Under the pieces are notes generated by a model. That model was not told where the DNA came from and ran no database searches. It saw nothing but the letters and a program-made list of their open reading frames with translations. A program made the position numbers and the translations under genes. A stretch of DNA of 64,000 nt, taken from assembly GCA_963828525.1 (NCBI GenBank), contig CAWHEP010000009.1:288001-352000 (forward strand). The letters are read 5' to 3'. Position 1 is the first letter of the stretch. Every line of letters starts with the position of its first letter. The stretch comes from an uncultured Verrucomicrobiae bacterium (GTDB lineage Bacteria; Verrucomicrobiota; Verrucomicrobiia; Chthoniobacterales; Chthoniobacteraceae). Positions 17,342 through 26,644 of the stretch are shown in pieces.

Positions 17342-20119
17342 CTAACCCGGTTCAGATTGCTCGGACGCCCCTTGCAAAGTCTTTTGCAACTGATCGATTG
17401 CGGCAGCCCCCTTGATCTTCCGACCTTCGGTGTTGCTAACGTAGAAGCTATCGATGGCGGCTCCTTTCTCCGTGGTGATACGAGAGAGAGCGATATTGAT
17501 TCCAGCCGAAGCAAAGCCTCTCAGAAGATGATGCAGCAAGCCGAGGCGATCGGGAGTCTGGATTTCCACAAGGGTGTAGATCGGATGCACATTGTTATCG
17601 ATCACGATCCGGGTAGGCATTTCAAGTTCATGCGACAGCCCGTACGCCCGACGCTTTTTCGCCTTCTTCAACAAGGGACCGAAATCATAAACCTCTTGCG
17701 CCAAAGAATCGTTCATGGTCCTGGCCACCTTGGAAATTTCACGCTCGTCTGTCACCGCGCCAAACTTGGGCGTGCAGACGCGGAAGATGTCAAAGACAAC
17801 GTTATCGTGCCGCGAGAAGATGTCGGCGCTCAGAATATTCAACTGGGCGACGGCAAACGAGCCCGCAATCTTTGCAAGCAATTCCGCGCGGTCCCACGAG
17901 CAAATCCACACTTCACTATGCCCCTGATTAGGATGCGCTATCCAATGCACTGTGGGAGCGAGCGGGCATCCCTCGTTCGCATTTTGGTCCAGGAGAAAGG
18001 ATCGAAAGTGACGGATGTGCGCCGCGCAATCCGCGGCGGAATAAGCGGCAAAATACGAATCCGGCATTTGCTCGAAATGGATGTCAATTTCGTCCGCGAA
18101 GCTTGCGGGCAACTTCTTGGTCGCGGCTTTCCGCAGTTCTTCACGTTCCACCTGCCGCTCCCGGTAGAATGATTCCTCTCCGTCCAGGTAGTGAGTCGTG
18201 CCCCGGTAAAGCTGCCAGACGAGCGACTCCTTCCAATCTGACCAGTTCTCGTCGCCCGTGCCCTGGCCATCTGCCAGAGTCATAAGCATCAGAGCGTTCA
18301 ATCCCGCGTGGCTTTTGACCACGCCCGCAAATTCGGCAATTGTCGCGGGATCTTCCACGTTACGTCTCTGCGCGGTGCTGGACAAGGTAAGATGATTGTC
18401 CACAAGCAGGATGAGAAGCTTGCGCCGCTCGGAGGAAAGCTGCAGCCGAGCCGCGACCTTCTGCGCGAATAACGCGCTTGCTTCGGCGTGGTATCGGGCA
18501 TTTGAGGCCTTTCCCGTATCGTGAAGAAGCAGGGCGAGGTAGAGCACGAAAGGATCTTCCAGGCGCTGGAACATCAAGCGGTAATCCGCAAGGCGAGGCT
18601 CTTTCGTGTCGATTAGCCGATCCAGCTTCTCGATGCAAACCAGCGTATGTTCATCCGCGGTGTACCGGTGAAAAAACTCGTGCTGCACAAGGCAGGTCAA
18701 TTGCCCGAATTCCGATATATACCTCCCAAGAAAATCCACTTCGTGCATCATCCGCAGAATGCGGCCAACCTGCCCTTTTTGGCTGATGATGGCGTTAAAC
18801 GTTTCCCTCGTGGCCCTCGCGTACTGAAAAGTCCGATCCACCAAGTGGAGCCGGCGGTGAATGAGCTGTTGTAACTCCGCGCTCAGCGCGAGATGGCGTT
18901 TCTGCGCGTGCAGAAAAAGACGCATCATCCGGTAAGGCTCCTTATTGAAAATATCACGGGCATCCGGGTAGATGAGGCCGCCCGTGCTGTAAAACCCGTC
19001 GAAACTCTCCTTCTTCTCCGCGCGATTAAGCAGCAGGCCAAAGAAGCCGGGCGCGCGTGTATCATCGATTCCCGCGACCAGCCTGGCGGAAATCAGTTCC
19101 GTGATGCTGAAGACTGTTCTTGAATGCTGATGGTCCTCCCGCATGAAAGCCTCGCCACGCCGGAGAACATTTTTCTGCGTGTAGTTTAGCTTATTGGCGA
19201 GCTGAAGCTGGAAGTTCAGTGTCACTACGTCCGTCGCCCTCTTGTTCAGGTAATGGAGTTCTGTGCGGACTCGTAGTAAAAAGTCATACGCGCGGTCGAG
19301 CTTCCGCCGTTCCGCGTCCACAAGCAGCTTCTTCTCGACCAACCCCTGCATGGTGGAGATGCCCTCCTTAAAATAGGCCATCCATAACAGGTTCTGATAA
19401 TCCCTCAGCCCGCCACAGCCGTTTTTGATGTTCGGCTCCTGAAGATACACCGTGCCAGCGTGTTTTTCGTGACGCTCCCTCTGGTTGACGACGCGCTCCT
19501 GAAGATATTTACGCTCGGAGCCTCTGACGCAGCGTCGGACAAACTCCGCCTTGAATTCATCGAACAGCGCCCCGTTGCCGGCTACGAAGCGGGCCTCCAG
19601 CAGCGAGGTTTTGGAGAGCATGTCCGTGTTTGCCTGCCGGATCGCGCCCGAAACCGAGCGCGTCGAGTGCCCAACCTTCAATCCGACATCCCACAGCATG
19701 TAAAGTATCGTCTGAATCACCTCATTCGCCTTCGGAGATACCGATTTCATCGACGCGGGATGCAGGAACATGATGTCCACATCACTGTAGGGATTCAGCT
19801 CTCCCCTTCCGTATCCACCGATCGCGAGAAGAGCGAGGTCGCTGGTGAGTTCCCCGATCAGGGAGGCATTGCAACCGGCTTCGAAAAGATGCCGAAGAAC
19901 GATGTCGAGCAAGGTCGCTCGCTGATCGGCAATTTCCTTGCCACCTCCGCCCGCGTAATGCTTGAGGCGCAGGCGATGGTTTTCGATCTTCAGGAACTTC
20001 TTGTAGAGAGCGAGAAGTTCCCCTGGCTTTTGCCGGCCTTGCGCGGCCAACTGCTGTTCGGCGTGGGCAAGAACTTTCTCCCGATGGAGCATCGGGCCCT
20101 TGCTCGTGAGTTTTTCCAT
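17342..20119 (-). CDS. glnD: [Protein-PII] uridylyltransferase/uridylyl-removing enzyme
   Basis: NTase GGYGRGELNPYSDVD, EPNIKNGCGGLRD, HD domain (FHRYTADEH...LLHDTGK) and two ACT domains (DRAELL, DRLGLL). ORF extends to 20143; start uncertain. Confidence 0.95.
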   Translation of the reverse strand: MEKLTSKGPMLHREKVLAHAEQQLAAQGRQKPGELLALYKKFLKIENHRLRLKHYAGGGGKEIADQRATLLDIVLRHLFEAGCNASLIGELTSDLALLAIGGYGRGELNPYSDVDIMFLHPASMKSVSPKANEVIQTILYMLWDVGLKVGHSTRSVSGAIRQANTDMLSKTSLLEARFVAGNGALFDEFKAEFVRRCVRGSERKYLQERVVNQRERHEKHAGTVYLQEPNIKNGCGGLRDYQNLLWMAYFKEGISTMQGLVEKKLLVDAERRKLDRAYDFLLRVRTELHYLNKRATDVVTLNFQLQLANKLNYTQKNVLRRGEAFMREDHQHSRTVFSITELISARLVAGIDDTRAPGFFGLLLNRAEKKESFDGFYSTGGLIYPDARDIFNKEPYRMMRLFLHAQKRHLALSAELQQLIHRRLHLVDRTFQYARATRETFNAIISQKGQVGRILRMMHEVDFLGRYISEFGQLTCLVQHEFFHRYTADEHTLVCIEKLDRLIDTKEPRLADYRLMFQRLEDPFVLYLALLLHDTGKASNARYHAEASALFAQKVAARLQLSSERRKLLILLVDNHLTLSSTAQRRNVEDPATIAEFAGVVKSHAGLNALMLMTLADGQGTGDENWSDWKESLVWQLYRGTTHYLDGEESFYRERQVEREELRKAATKKLPASFADEIDIHFEQMPDSYFAAYSAADCAAHIRHFRSFLLDQNANEGCPLAPTVHWIAHPNQGHSEVWICSWDRAELLAKIAGSFAVAQLNILSADIFSRHDNVVFDIFRVCTPKFGAVTDEREISKVARTMNDSLAQEVYDFGPLLKKAKKRRAYGLSHELEMPTRIVIDNNVHPIYTLVEIQTPDRLGLLHHLLRGFASAGINIALSRITTEKGAAIDSFYVSNTEGRKIKGAAAIDQLQKTLQGASEQSEPG

Positions 20120-20141
20120 TCGTTCAACAACGTAACAGGCC

Positions 20142-20169
20142 ATAATACCACGGAAAGCTGACTTTGGAA
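20142..20169 (-). promoter_or_regulatory. Possible sigma70 promoter for glnD
   Basis: Minus strand TTCCAA-16 nt-TATTAT, with a TG extended -10. Confidence 0.3.
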
Positions 20170-20206
20170 TCTCAACAGGCGGTTTTTCACTCCGTAAACC
20201 AGCGGC

Positions 20207-21838
20207 TTAGTCCACAAACCGCTGCGCAACTGGCATTCGGCGGCCGATCCCGAAAGCCCGGCTTGTGACCTTCAGGCCCGGCACAGCTTGTTCACGCTTA
20301 TACTCATTAAGATCGACTTTGCGCACAACCCACCGAACCGTGGCCTCATGGAATCCCCGCGCGATGATGTCACGACCCGACATGTTTTCCTCCACGTACA
20401 ATTGGAGAATCTGGTCGAGCAGATCATACGCGGGGAGCGTATCCTGATCGATCTGGTTCGGCTTCAGCTCGGCGCTCGGGGGTTTCTCAATAGTGGCTCG
20501 GGGGATGATCTCGCGGTCACGGTTAATCCAGGAAGCCAGCCGGTAAACCATTGTCTTGGGAACATCACTGATGACGGCCAGTCCGCCTGCCATGTCTCCG
20601 TAAAGGGTACAATAGCCAACCGCCAGTTCACTTTTGTTTCCTGTGGTTAGAAGCAAATGCCCGAACTTGTTGGAGAGTGCCATCAGCACCATGCCACGAA
20701 GACGCGGCTGCATGTTCTCCTCCGCCGTGTCTTCAGGCAGTCCCCGGAATAGCTCCGCGAACTGGTTTCTAAAACCATCGAACGCGTCCTGAATCGGAAT
20801 CTCAAGGCACCTGATACCGAGGTTGCCCGCCAGCGCTAGCGCGTCATCAATACTGCCGCGGGAGGAAAATCGAGTCGGCATGGAGACGCCAAGCACATTC
20901 TCGCGGCCCAACGCATCCACAGCGATGCATGCGCACACCGCTGAATCAATTCCCCCGCTAAGCCCGAGGACAGCCGATTTGAAGCCGCATTTTGCAAGAT
21001 AGTCCTTCAGCCCCAGCGAAAGCGCGGAGAACACTTCCTCGGATTCTGACGCTTCAGTCCACGGGCAAGTCGAGCTCGCGAGACCATCCACCACCCGGGC
21101 TTCTTCCTTGAAAGAGGCTAGACGCGCCAGGAGTACGCCGCTCGAGCTTACCGCCACCGAATTTCCGTCAAAGATGAGCTGGTCGTTCCCCCCAACCGCG
21201 TTGCAGTAATAGATTTCGCAGGCGCGCCGGGCGGCAAGTTCCGACAGCATCTCCATGCGCAGGCGCGGCTTACCCGCGTGGAATGGCGAGGCGCTCAAGT
21301 TTACAATTATCTCCGCGCCCTGCCGGGCGAGGGAGCCCACCGGATCACATCCGTAGAGCTTCCGGGGCAGGAAGCGCTCCGTCCAAATGTCTTCGCAGAT
21401 GGTAACTCCGACCTTCCTCCCTCCAATCAGCACCGGGAGGCTTGTCTCGCCCGGCTGGAAGTATCGATCCTCATCAAAGACATCGTACGTCGGAAGCAAG
21501 GATTTATGGACTGTCTCACGCGGCACTCCTTTGCGCAGGACTGCGGCGCTATTGCGAAAGGAACGTCCTGAAGAGTCGTGATTACGATCGATGAAACCCA
21601 CAATGAGCGGACAGGTCTCCACCGAAGCATGAATGCGCTCGAGCGCCTCAAGATTTCTGGGAACAAACTGCGATTTGAAGACCAGATCCTGGGGAGGGTA
21701 GCCGGTAATCGCGAGTTCGGGTGTAATGACCAACTCGGCGCCCATGGACACACAATTCTTATACGCGTCCAGAATCTTGGCGGTGTTCCCGCCAAGATCG
21801 CCCACAGTCGTGTTGATCTGGGCGAAGCCTACTCTCAT
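20207..21838 (-). CDS. nadE: Glutamine-dependent NAD+ synthetase
   Basis: Nitrilase domain (TPEL, KSLLPTYDVFDE, ICEDIW) plus synthetase (GLSGGIDS, ENMQPR, TTGNKSE, PSAEL). Confidence 0.95.
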   Translation of the reverse strand: MRVGFAQINTTVGDLGGNTAKILDAYKNCVSMGAELVITPELAITGYPPQDLVFKSQFVPRNLEALERIHASVETCPLIVGFIDRNHDSSGRSFRNSAAVLRKGVPRETVHKSLLPTYDVFDEDRYFQPGETSLPVLIGGRKVGVTICEDIWTERFLPRKLYGCDPVGSLARQGAEIIVNLSASPFHAGKPRLRMEMLSELAARRACEIYYCNAVGGNDQLIFDGNSVAVSSSGVLLARLASFKEEARVVDGLASSTCPWTEASESEEVFSALSLGLKDYLAKCGFKSAVLGLSGGIDSAVCACIAVDALGRENVLGVSMPTRFSSRGSIDDALALAGNLGIRCLEIPIQDAFDGFRNQFAELFRGLPEDTAEENMQPRLRGMVLMALSNKFGHLLLTTGNKSELAVGYCTLYGDMAGGLAVISDVPKTMVYRLASWINRDREIIPRATIEKPPSAELKPNQIDQDTLPAYDLLDQILQLYVEENMSGRDIIARGFHEATVRWVVRKVDLNEYKREQAVPGLKVTSRAFGIGRRMPVAQRFVD

Positions 21839-21889
21839 CCCGGGCTTTGGAAGTTTACTGCTGCCCGCGCGACGCCGCGGACGGCGGAC

Positions 21890-22030
21890 CTACTTGTGGC
21901 TGGATATGCCAGTCCGGTTGCTGTAACCGCCGTTTATGGCGTCGTCAGCCCCCGTCACGAATGTCTTATAAAATTCGATCAAACCCGCCGCCACGAATCC
22001 GGCAAGCACCGTGAGGATCACTCTGTGCAT
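21890..22030 (-). CDS. Small hypothetical membrane protein
   Basis: MHRVILTVLAGFVAAGLIEFYK... has one hydrophobic helix and lies co-directionally between two genes. Confidence 0.35.
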   Translation of the reverse strand: MHRVILTVLAGFVAAGLIEFYKTFVTGADDAINGGYSNRTGISSHK

Positions 22031-22084
22031 GAATGTTGTCTGCATCCATCGAATGATAGCAGAACGCACCAGACATGTCACGCG

Positions 22085-22771
22085 TTACCAAAAACCCCAT
22101 TGTCCCGTGTCCATAATGTAAAATCCTAGGAGGAGATTCGTGAGTGAATGCGCGAGGACACACGAAGAGAGACTCTTCGTTCTGTAAGCGACAAAATTAT
22201 ATATCGCGCCGGTCAGGAGCGCGGGCACGAAATCTGGTCCGTAATGCGCGAAGCCGAACAGGATGGCGACGCCGCCGAATGACATCCATGAAAAAGTTCC
22301 AAACGGGACATGCTCGAAGTCCTCTTCGATTAAATAGCGCAATAAGAAGCCCCGCCAGAAAACTTCTTCAAGGAAGGGGACGACAATAACAAGGCGGAGA
22401 AACCGCGCGCCGGTATTCAGTAAGAATGCAGGGCCAGAGCAACCAAAAGCGGTGGGATCGAAACCGTTGTATCTGGGCGGAAACCGCAAGAAAGCCTGCG
22501 GCGATATCCAGATCACAAAAACGGCAACCGCGCTGATTACGGTGAGAGACACCAGTCTTGGACGCTCCAGCGCATACTGCCGGCGGAAATACAGCAGTAA
22601 AGCCCCGCATAAGACTGTTTGAACGGGGAATATCCAATATTTCGGAGAATGAAGAAGAAAAGCAGACTCGGTATGAAATACGGCCTGCACCCCATCCGAC
22701 AATGCGAGCAGCGCCATGAACAGAATAAAGGGGGACGCATAGGCAAATGTCGCCCGAAACTTGCTGAGCAT
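22085..22771 (-). CDS. CAAX prenyl protease-related intramembrane protease (CPBP family)
   Basis: EEVFWRG, FGFAH and HSLTN motifs; multiple TM helices; C-terminal GQWGFW. Confidence 0.88.
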   Translation of the reverse strand: MLSKFRATFAYASPFILFMALLALSDGVQAVFHTESAFLLHSPKYWIFPVQTVLCGALLLYFRRQYALERPRLVSLTVISAVAVFVIWISPQAFLRFPPRYNGFDPTAFGCSGPAFLLNTGARFLRLVIVVPFLEEVFWRGFLLRYLIEEDFEHVPFGTFSWMSFGGVAILFGFAHYGPDFVPALLTGAIYNFVAYRTKSLSSCVLAHSLTNLLLGFYIMDTGQWGFW

Positions 22772-22802
22772 AGGTTAGTCGAAGGCAACCGGCATCGGAA
22801 CC

Positions 22803-23030
22803 ATGACTGAAAACGATCCTGAACAATTGTTAAAGACATTCGAGATGGAGATCGCCTTGAAAAGGGCTAAACGCTCGATGTCGTCCAAAGGAAACGCATT
22901 CCGAATCTGGAGCATTCTCATTATTGTCGGAGCGGCGGCGATTGCGTTGTTGTTCCTGCAATCGACTCTCTCACAAATGCCACGGCCCCCTCGGCAGCCG
23001 GCGCCAGATTTTACCGCGCCTCCACGGTAA
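22803..23030 (+). CDS. Small single-TM hypothetical protein
   Basis: 75 aa: charged helix, TM segment (IWSILIIVGAAAIALLFL) and Pro-rich tail. Confidence 0.55.
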   Translation: MTENDPEQLLKTFEMEIALKRAKRSMSSKGNAFRIWSILIIVGAAAIALLFLQSTLSQMPRPPRQPAPDFTAPPR

Positions 23031-23198
23031 GCCCCTCCACAGGGACAGGCGGGGCACGAGAGAGTTCCTCTCAAAAGATGGAATTTCGCATGAGCCAGAA
23101 ACGTGCTGGAAACCAGGGAATCAGCATTTGGGGCTAAAAGGACATCGATTCTTTCCTCAAAACGCATTGTGGGCATTCATTCTGCTTTAAGGTTCTCA

Positions 23199-24230
23199 AT
23201 GGCAAAAGCCTATAACTCAGTGATCGGGATCGACATCGGCAGGTTCTCCATAAAGGCGGTTGTCGTGCAGCGCCGCGGAAGTAAATACGCAGTCACAAAC
23301 TATGCGTTGAAGCCGATTTCCGACTCTGTGGGAAGCGAGCAACTCGTGTCGGAACTGAAATCGGTTTTGGGGGAAACAGGCAACTCCGCAAAAGGGTGCG
23401 CGGTGGCGATCTCACATTCCGACGCGCTAATCCGCATCATCGAGCAGCCTGAGACGCCGACCACCATTCTGCGTGAAGGTCTCCGCCTAAACGGCATGTC
23501 CCTTCTAAATCAGGATTGCAGAGACTTCGTCCTGGACTGCGATCCGGTGCGCCCGCCTGACAAAGATGCTCCCGTGGAGGCGGGTGGCGGGCCAGCAAAA
23601 GTGAAATACCTGGTCGGCGGGGTTCCTCGCTCTCAGATTACACTCCTTAACGACGCGTTCCAAAAAAACCACCGCCCGGTGCACGTTTTCACGCTGGCCC
23701 CAATCTGCGCGTTCAACGCGTTCGAATTTGCAAAACCGGATGCTTTCAATAACGACGCGTTCATCCTTTTGGACATAGGTCACATCTCTTCGACCGTGAC
23801 CGTTGGCGTGAAGAAAGAACTGATCCTTGTCCGCTCTATCGACTACGGCGGCAAGGCGCTCCACGAGGCATTGAGAAGCCATGTCGAGGCTTCCGGGGAC
23901 AATCCCGCGGAATCTGACGAAGAGACAATGTTCGACAGAGCGCGGGTCTCACTCTCCGCACTGACCCGCGAAGTCAGCAGCTCGATCGGATTTTTTGAAG
24001 GGCGGCGGGAGGAGACCATCTCGCGGATCTTCATCTCGGGAGGCCCGGCGCGATCCAAAGTCGTCCTGCAGATACTTGAAGAAGAATTGCACATGCCCTG
24101 CGAGGCCTGGAACCCGTTTGAAATCTGCGACATCGCCCTCCCAGCGGGCCGTCGCGAAAGCTTCTCGACGGATATGGTGAACTTGAATGTCGCTTGCGGC
24201 GCGGCGGCGGATCTTTTGAAGAGGGGCTAG
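23199..24230 (+). CDS. pilM: Type IV pilus assembly protein PilM (actin-like)
   Basis: IGIDIGRFSIK, LLDIGH..T, RSIDYGG, EVSSSIGFF, IFISGG and NPF. Confidence 0.85.
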   Translation: MAKAYNSVIGIDIGRFSIKAVVVQRRGSKYAVTNYALKPISDSVGSEQLVSELKSVLGETGNSAKGCAVAISHSDALIRIIEQPETPTTILREGLRLNGMSLLNQDCRDFVLDCDPVRPPDKDAPVEAGGGPAKVKYLVGGVPRSQITLLNDAFQKNHRPVHVFTLAPICAFNAFEFAKPDAFNNDAFILLDIGHISSTVTVGVKKELILVRSIDYGGKALHEALRSHVEASGDNPAESDEETMFDRARVSLSALTREVSSSIGFFEGRREETISRIFISGGPARSKVVLQILEEELHMPCEAWNPFEICDIALPAGRRESFSTDMVNLNVACGAAADLLKRG

Positions 24231-24235
24231 TTCTC

Positions 24236-24884
24236 ATGGCGCTGCACCTGAATCTTTACCACGAAATCGAGAAGCAGAAGAGCCAGAGCCGTCGTGACCC
24301 GCTCCGGCTCGGCATCATAGGTCTCGCGTGTGTCGCTCTCGGCTTCGCGCTCTTCTATTTCTACCGTCTCCACCAAGCGGGAGAGGTAGACAACCAACTC
24401 GGCCAGCTTCAGTCCCAATGGGACAAGCTGGATCCGCAACAGAAGGCAGCCCAGGCGCGCCAGGCTGACCTTTCGCAGAGCATCAACACGTGCGACGCGG
24501 TTGTCAGCAAGATTGAACACCGATTGTTTTGGGCGCCATTGCTTGATCAGTTCCTAAAGGTCGTTCCAAAAAATGTGCAGATCACGAGGTTTGACGGATA
24601 CTTCCTCTAACGACAAAACCCAGAGCTGCAGCTTCAACCTCACCGGTATCTCGGCGGGCATGGAACCCCGCCGCGTCGCGGAAATGTTGCGGACTTCGCT
24701 CCAGACTAATTTCTCGGAAAATCACGCGAACGTCACCTCAGCTTTCCAGTCCCTTGAGGATGGCTCGGAGTTTGTCACCGTGGATAGCAGGTCCGTGCCG
24801 GTGGCGAACTTCGCGATCAAGCTGGATATGACGCAGCAACCAGACCCGCAGGTCGCGGAACTCAAGCCAAGGAGGAAGAAGTGA
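24236..24884 (+). CDS. pilN: PilN-like protein, frameshift near 24600
   Basis: N-terminal LNL (PilM-binding-like), TM helix, coiled coil and WAPLLDQFLKVVPKNVQIT. It continues in the ORF 24573..24884 frame. Confidence 0.65.
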
Positions 24885-25429
24885 AGCTGGACAAGGATAA
24901 TACGCAGAAAATCGTGCTGGCCGTCATACTCCTGGTGGGCCTCGTTTACTGCTACTTCACGATGCTTCTTGGACCTCTCGACAAGGGACAAATAGCGGCC
25001 ACTCACCGCATGGCGGAACTGACACCGCAGATTGCGGCCGCCCGCGAAACCATCAAGGCGACGCAAGCTCTCGAAGCCAAGGCTCCCGTCGCCAACGAAA
25101 CGCTGGAACAGATAAAGGGCATGATACCCATGGGCGCGCCCATAGCATGGTTCCCTCCCCGCATGGCTGATTTTTTTAAGCGACAGGGCATTGAGAAAAG
25201 CGCAACCCGCCTGAGTGGGGATCTGCTCGACCCGAGCATGCCAGGATTTCGCAAGCTCTTGTGGACTATCGATCTTCCAAAAGTCGAGTTTGTCCCGCTG
25301 GCCATCGCCATACAAGGGCTTGAGAATGAGGAACCCTTGATCGAGGTGACGTCACTCCAGATCGCGACGGGCGGCGATCCCCAGTTCCAACACGCGTCCA
25401 TCACCCTCTGCGCGATCGTGAGACAATGA
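24881..25429 (+). CDS. PilO/GspM-like protein
   Basis: N-terminal TM, coiled coil and LENEEPLIEVTSLQI; positioned after pilM and pilN. Confidence 0.6.
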   Translation: MKLDKDNTQKIVLAVILLVGLVYCYFTMLLGPLDKGQIAATHRMAELTPQIAAARETIKATQALEAKAPVANETLEQIKGMIPMGAPIAWFPPRMADFFKRQGIEKSATRLSGDLLDPSMPGFRKLLWTIDLPKVEFVPLAIAIQGLENEEPLIEVTSLQIATGGDPQFQHASITLCAIVRQ

Positions 25430-25926
25430 AAACGAATTTTTTTCCAAAAGCAGGGCTTGTCATGACTCTGTGCGCCGGATTGATTTCGGTCACACCCCTG
25501 CTTCGCGCACAAGATAGCCAAGGCTACAGACCCAAGAGCCGGTCGATTTTTAAAGGAACACTCGTCGCCCGGGATCCGTTTTGGCCAATTGGCTGGACGA
25601 GAGGCGCCGCCAAGAGCGACGCGATAGCCGTAGCCGCCCCGGAGATCCGAGCGGAGGACTTCACAGTCACCGCAATCCTCCTCGCGTCCCCTGCCCTCGC
25701 GGTGATCAACGGCCGCGAATACAGCGAAGGGCAATATATCCCGCTCTCTGGCGGCGCCGTGAAAGCGCAGATAGCGGCGATCCTCGACGGCAGGGTGCTG
25801 ATTCGCTACAAGGCTAAAACGGTATCAAGTCCCCTCGTTCGGAACGAACATATCTCCTCCCCGCGAGCTTATGTGCCGTCCCTCGATTCGGTAGAAGTTT
25901 CGGCGCAGACTCCTACACCGCGTTAA
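25426..25926 (+). CDS. PilP/GspC-like secreted protein
   Basis: Signal peptide, RDPF motif and VTAILLASPALAVING...G beta region; fourth gene of the operon. Confidence 0.5.
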   Translation: MKTNFFPKAGLVMTLCAGLISVTPLLRAQDSQGYRPKSRSIFKGTLVARDPFWPIGWTRGAAKSDAIAVAAPEIRAEDFTVTAILLASPALAVINGREYSEGQYIPLSGGAVKAQIAAILDGRVLIRYKAKTVSSPLVRNEHISSPRAYVPSLDSVEVSAQTPTPR

Positions 25927-26644
25927 GTTGTCCGAGGATCTCCGGATCTCGCACGTCCGCCCACTCTCCAAGCAGTTCGAAAGCTTTCACGCGCTTTCCG
26001 CTTAGAGCCAGGTCCCGAATGGCATCGGTAAGCTCATACTCGCCGCGAGGAGACTTCTCGAGACGCGCGATGAATTCAAAGATGGAGGGGCGAAACGCAT
26101 AGATGCCCGCGTTATACCACGGACTGACGGCTCCCCCCGAAGTTGATTTCTCCTTCAGATCGATCATCTCGAACTTGTCGTTCACGAAAACGGCTCCCCC
26201 TTTTGAGACGTCCTCATTTTTTCTCACGCTTATGATCGCGTCCTCCGCGGCAGTCATTGCTACAAGGCGCGGATAGTTCTCCGGCGCCACCAGGATATCT
26301 CCGTAGCTTAGTATGAAGGGGTCTTCTCCGCAGAAATGCCGGGCAAGCTCAACCACCTTCCCAGTGCCATCCTGAACCACCTGCGACTGATAGCGCACCT
26401 GGACACCAAAGGTTGACCCATCCCCGAAATACGAGCTGACGACATCGGCGCGGTAGCCGACCACCATGAGAAACTCAGTGACCCCGGCCATTCGAAGGCC
26501 CTCAAGGATATGCAACAGGATCGGCTTCCCCCGCACGGGTATCATCGGCTTCGGGATCTCCTCAGTAAGTTCCCGCATGCGAGTTCCCCGCCCTGCGGCC
26601 AACAAGACAGCTTTGTTGATTCCCGCGCTACTCATGCGAGCCAC
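25913..26644 (-). CDS. Sugar-phosphate nucleotidyltransferase (RmlA/GlmU-like NTP_transferase)
   Basis: LLAAGRGTRM...PKPMIPV, YGD and SPRGEYELTDA. Confidence 0.9.
   Translation of the reverse strand: MARMSSAGINKAVLLAAGRGTRMRELTEEIPKPMIPVRGKPILLHILEGLRMAGVTEFLMVVGYRADVVSSYFGDGSTFGVQVRYQSQVVQDGTGKVVELARHFCGEDPFILSYGDILVAPENYPRLVAMTAAEDAIISVRKNEDVSKGGAVFVNDKFEMIDLKEKSTSGGAVSPWYNAGIYAFRPSIFEFIARLEKSPRGEYELTDAIRDLALSGKRVKAFELLGEWADVRDPEILGQLNAV

Noticed and set aside
17132..18172. Long antisense ORFs (e.g. 17132-18172, 39346-40458, 60355-61218, 27117-27947)
   Set aside because: Shadow frames opposite well-supported genes in a GC-rich genome; no recognisable motifs.
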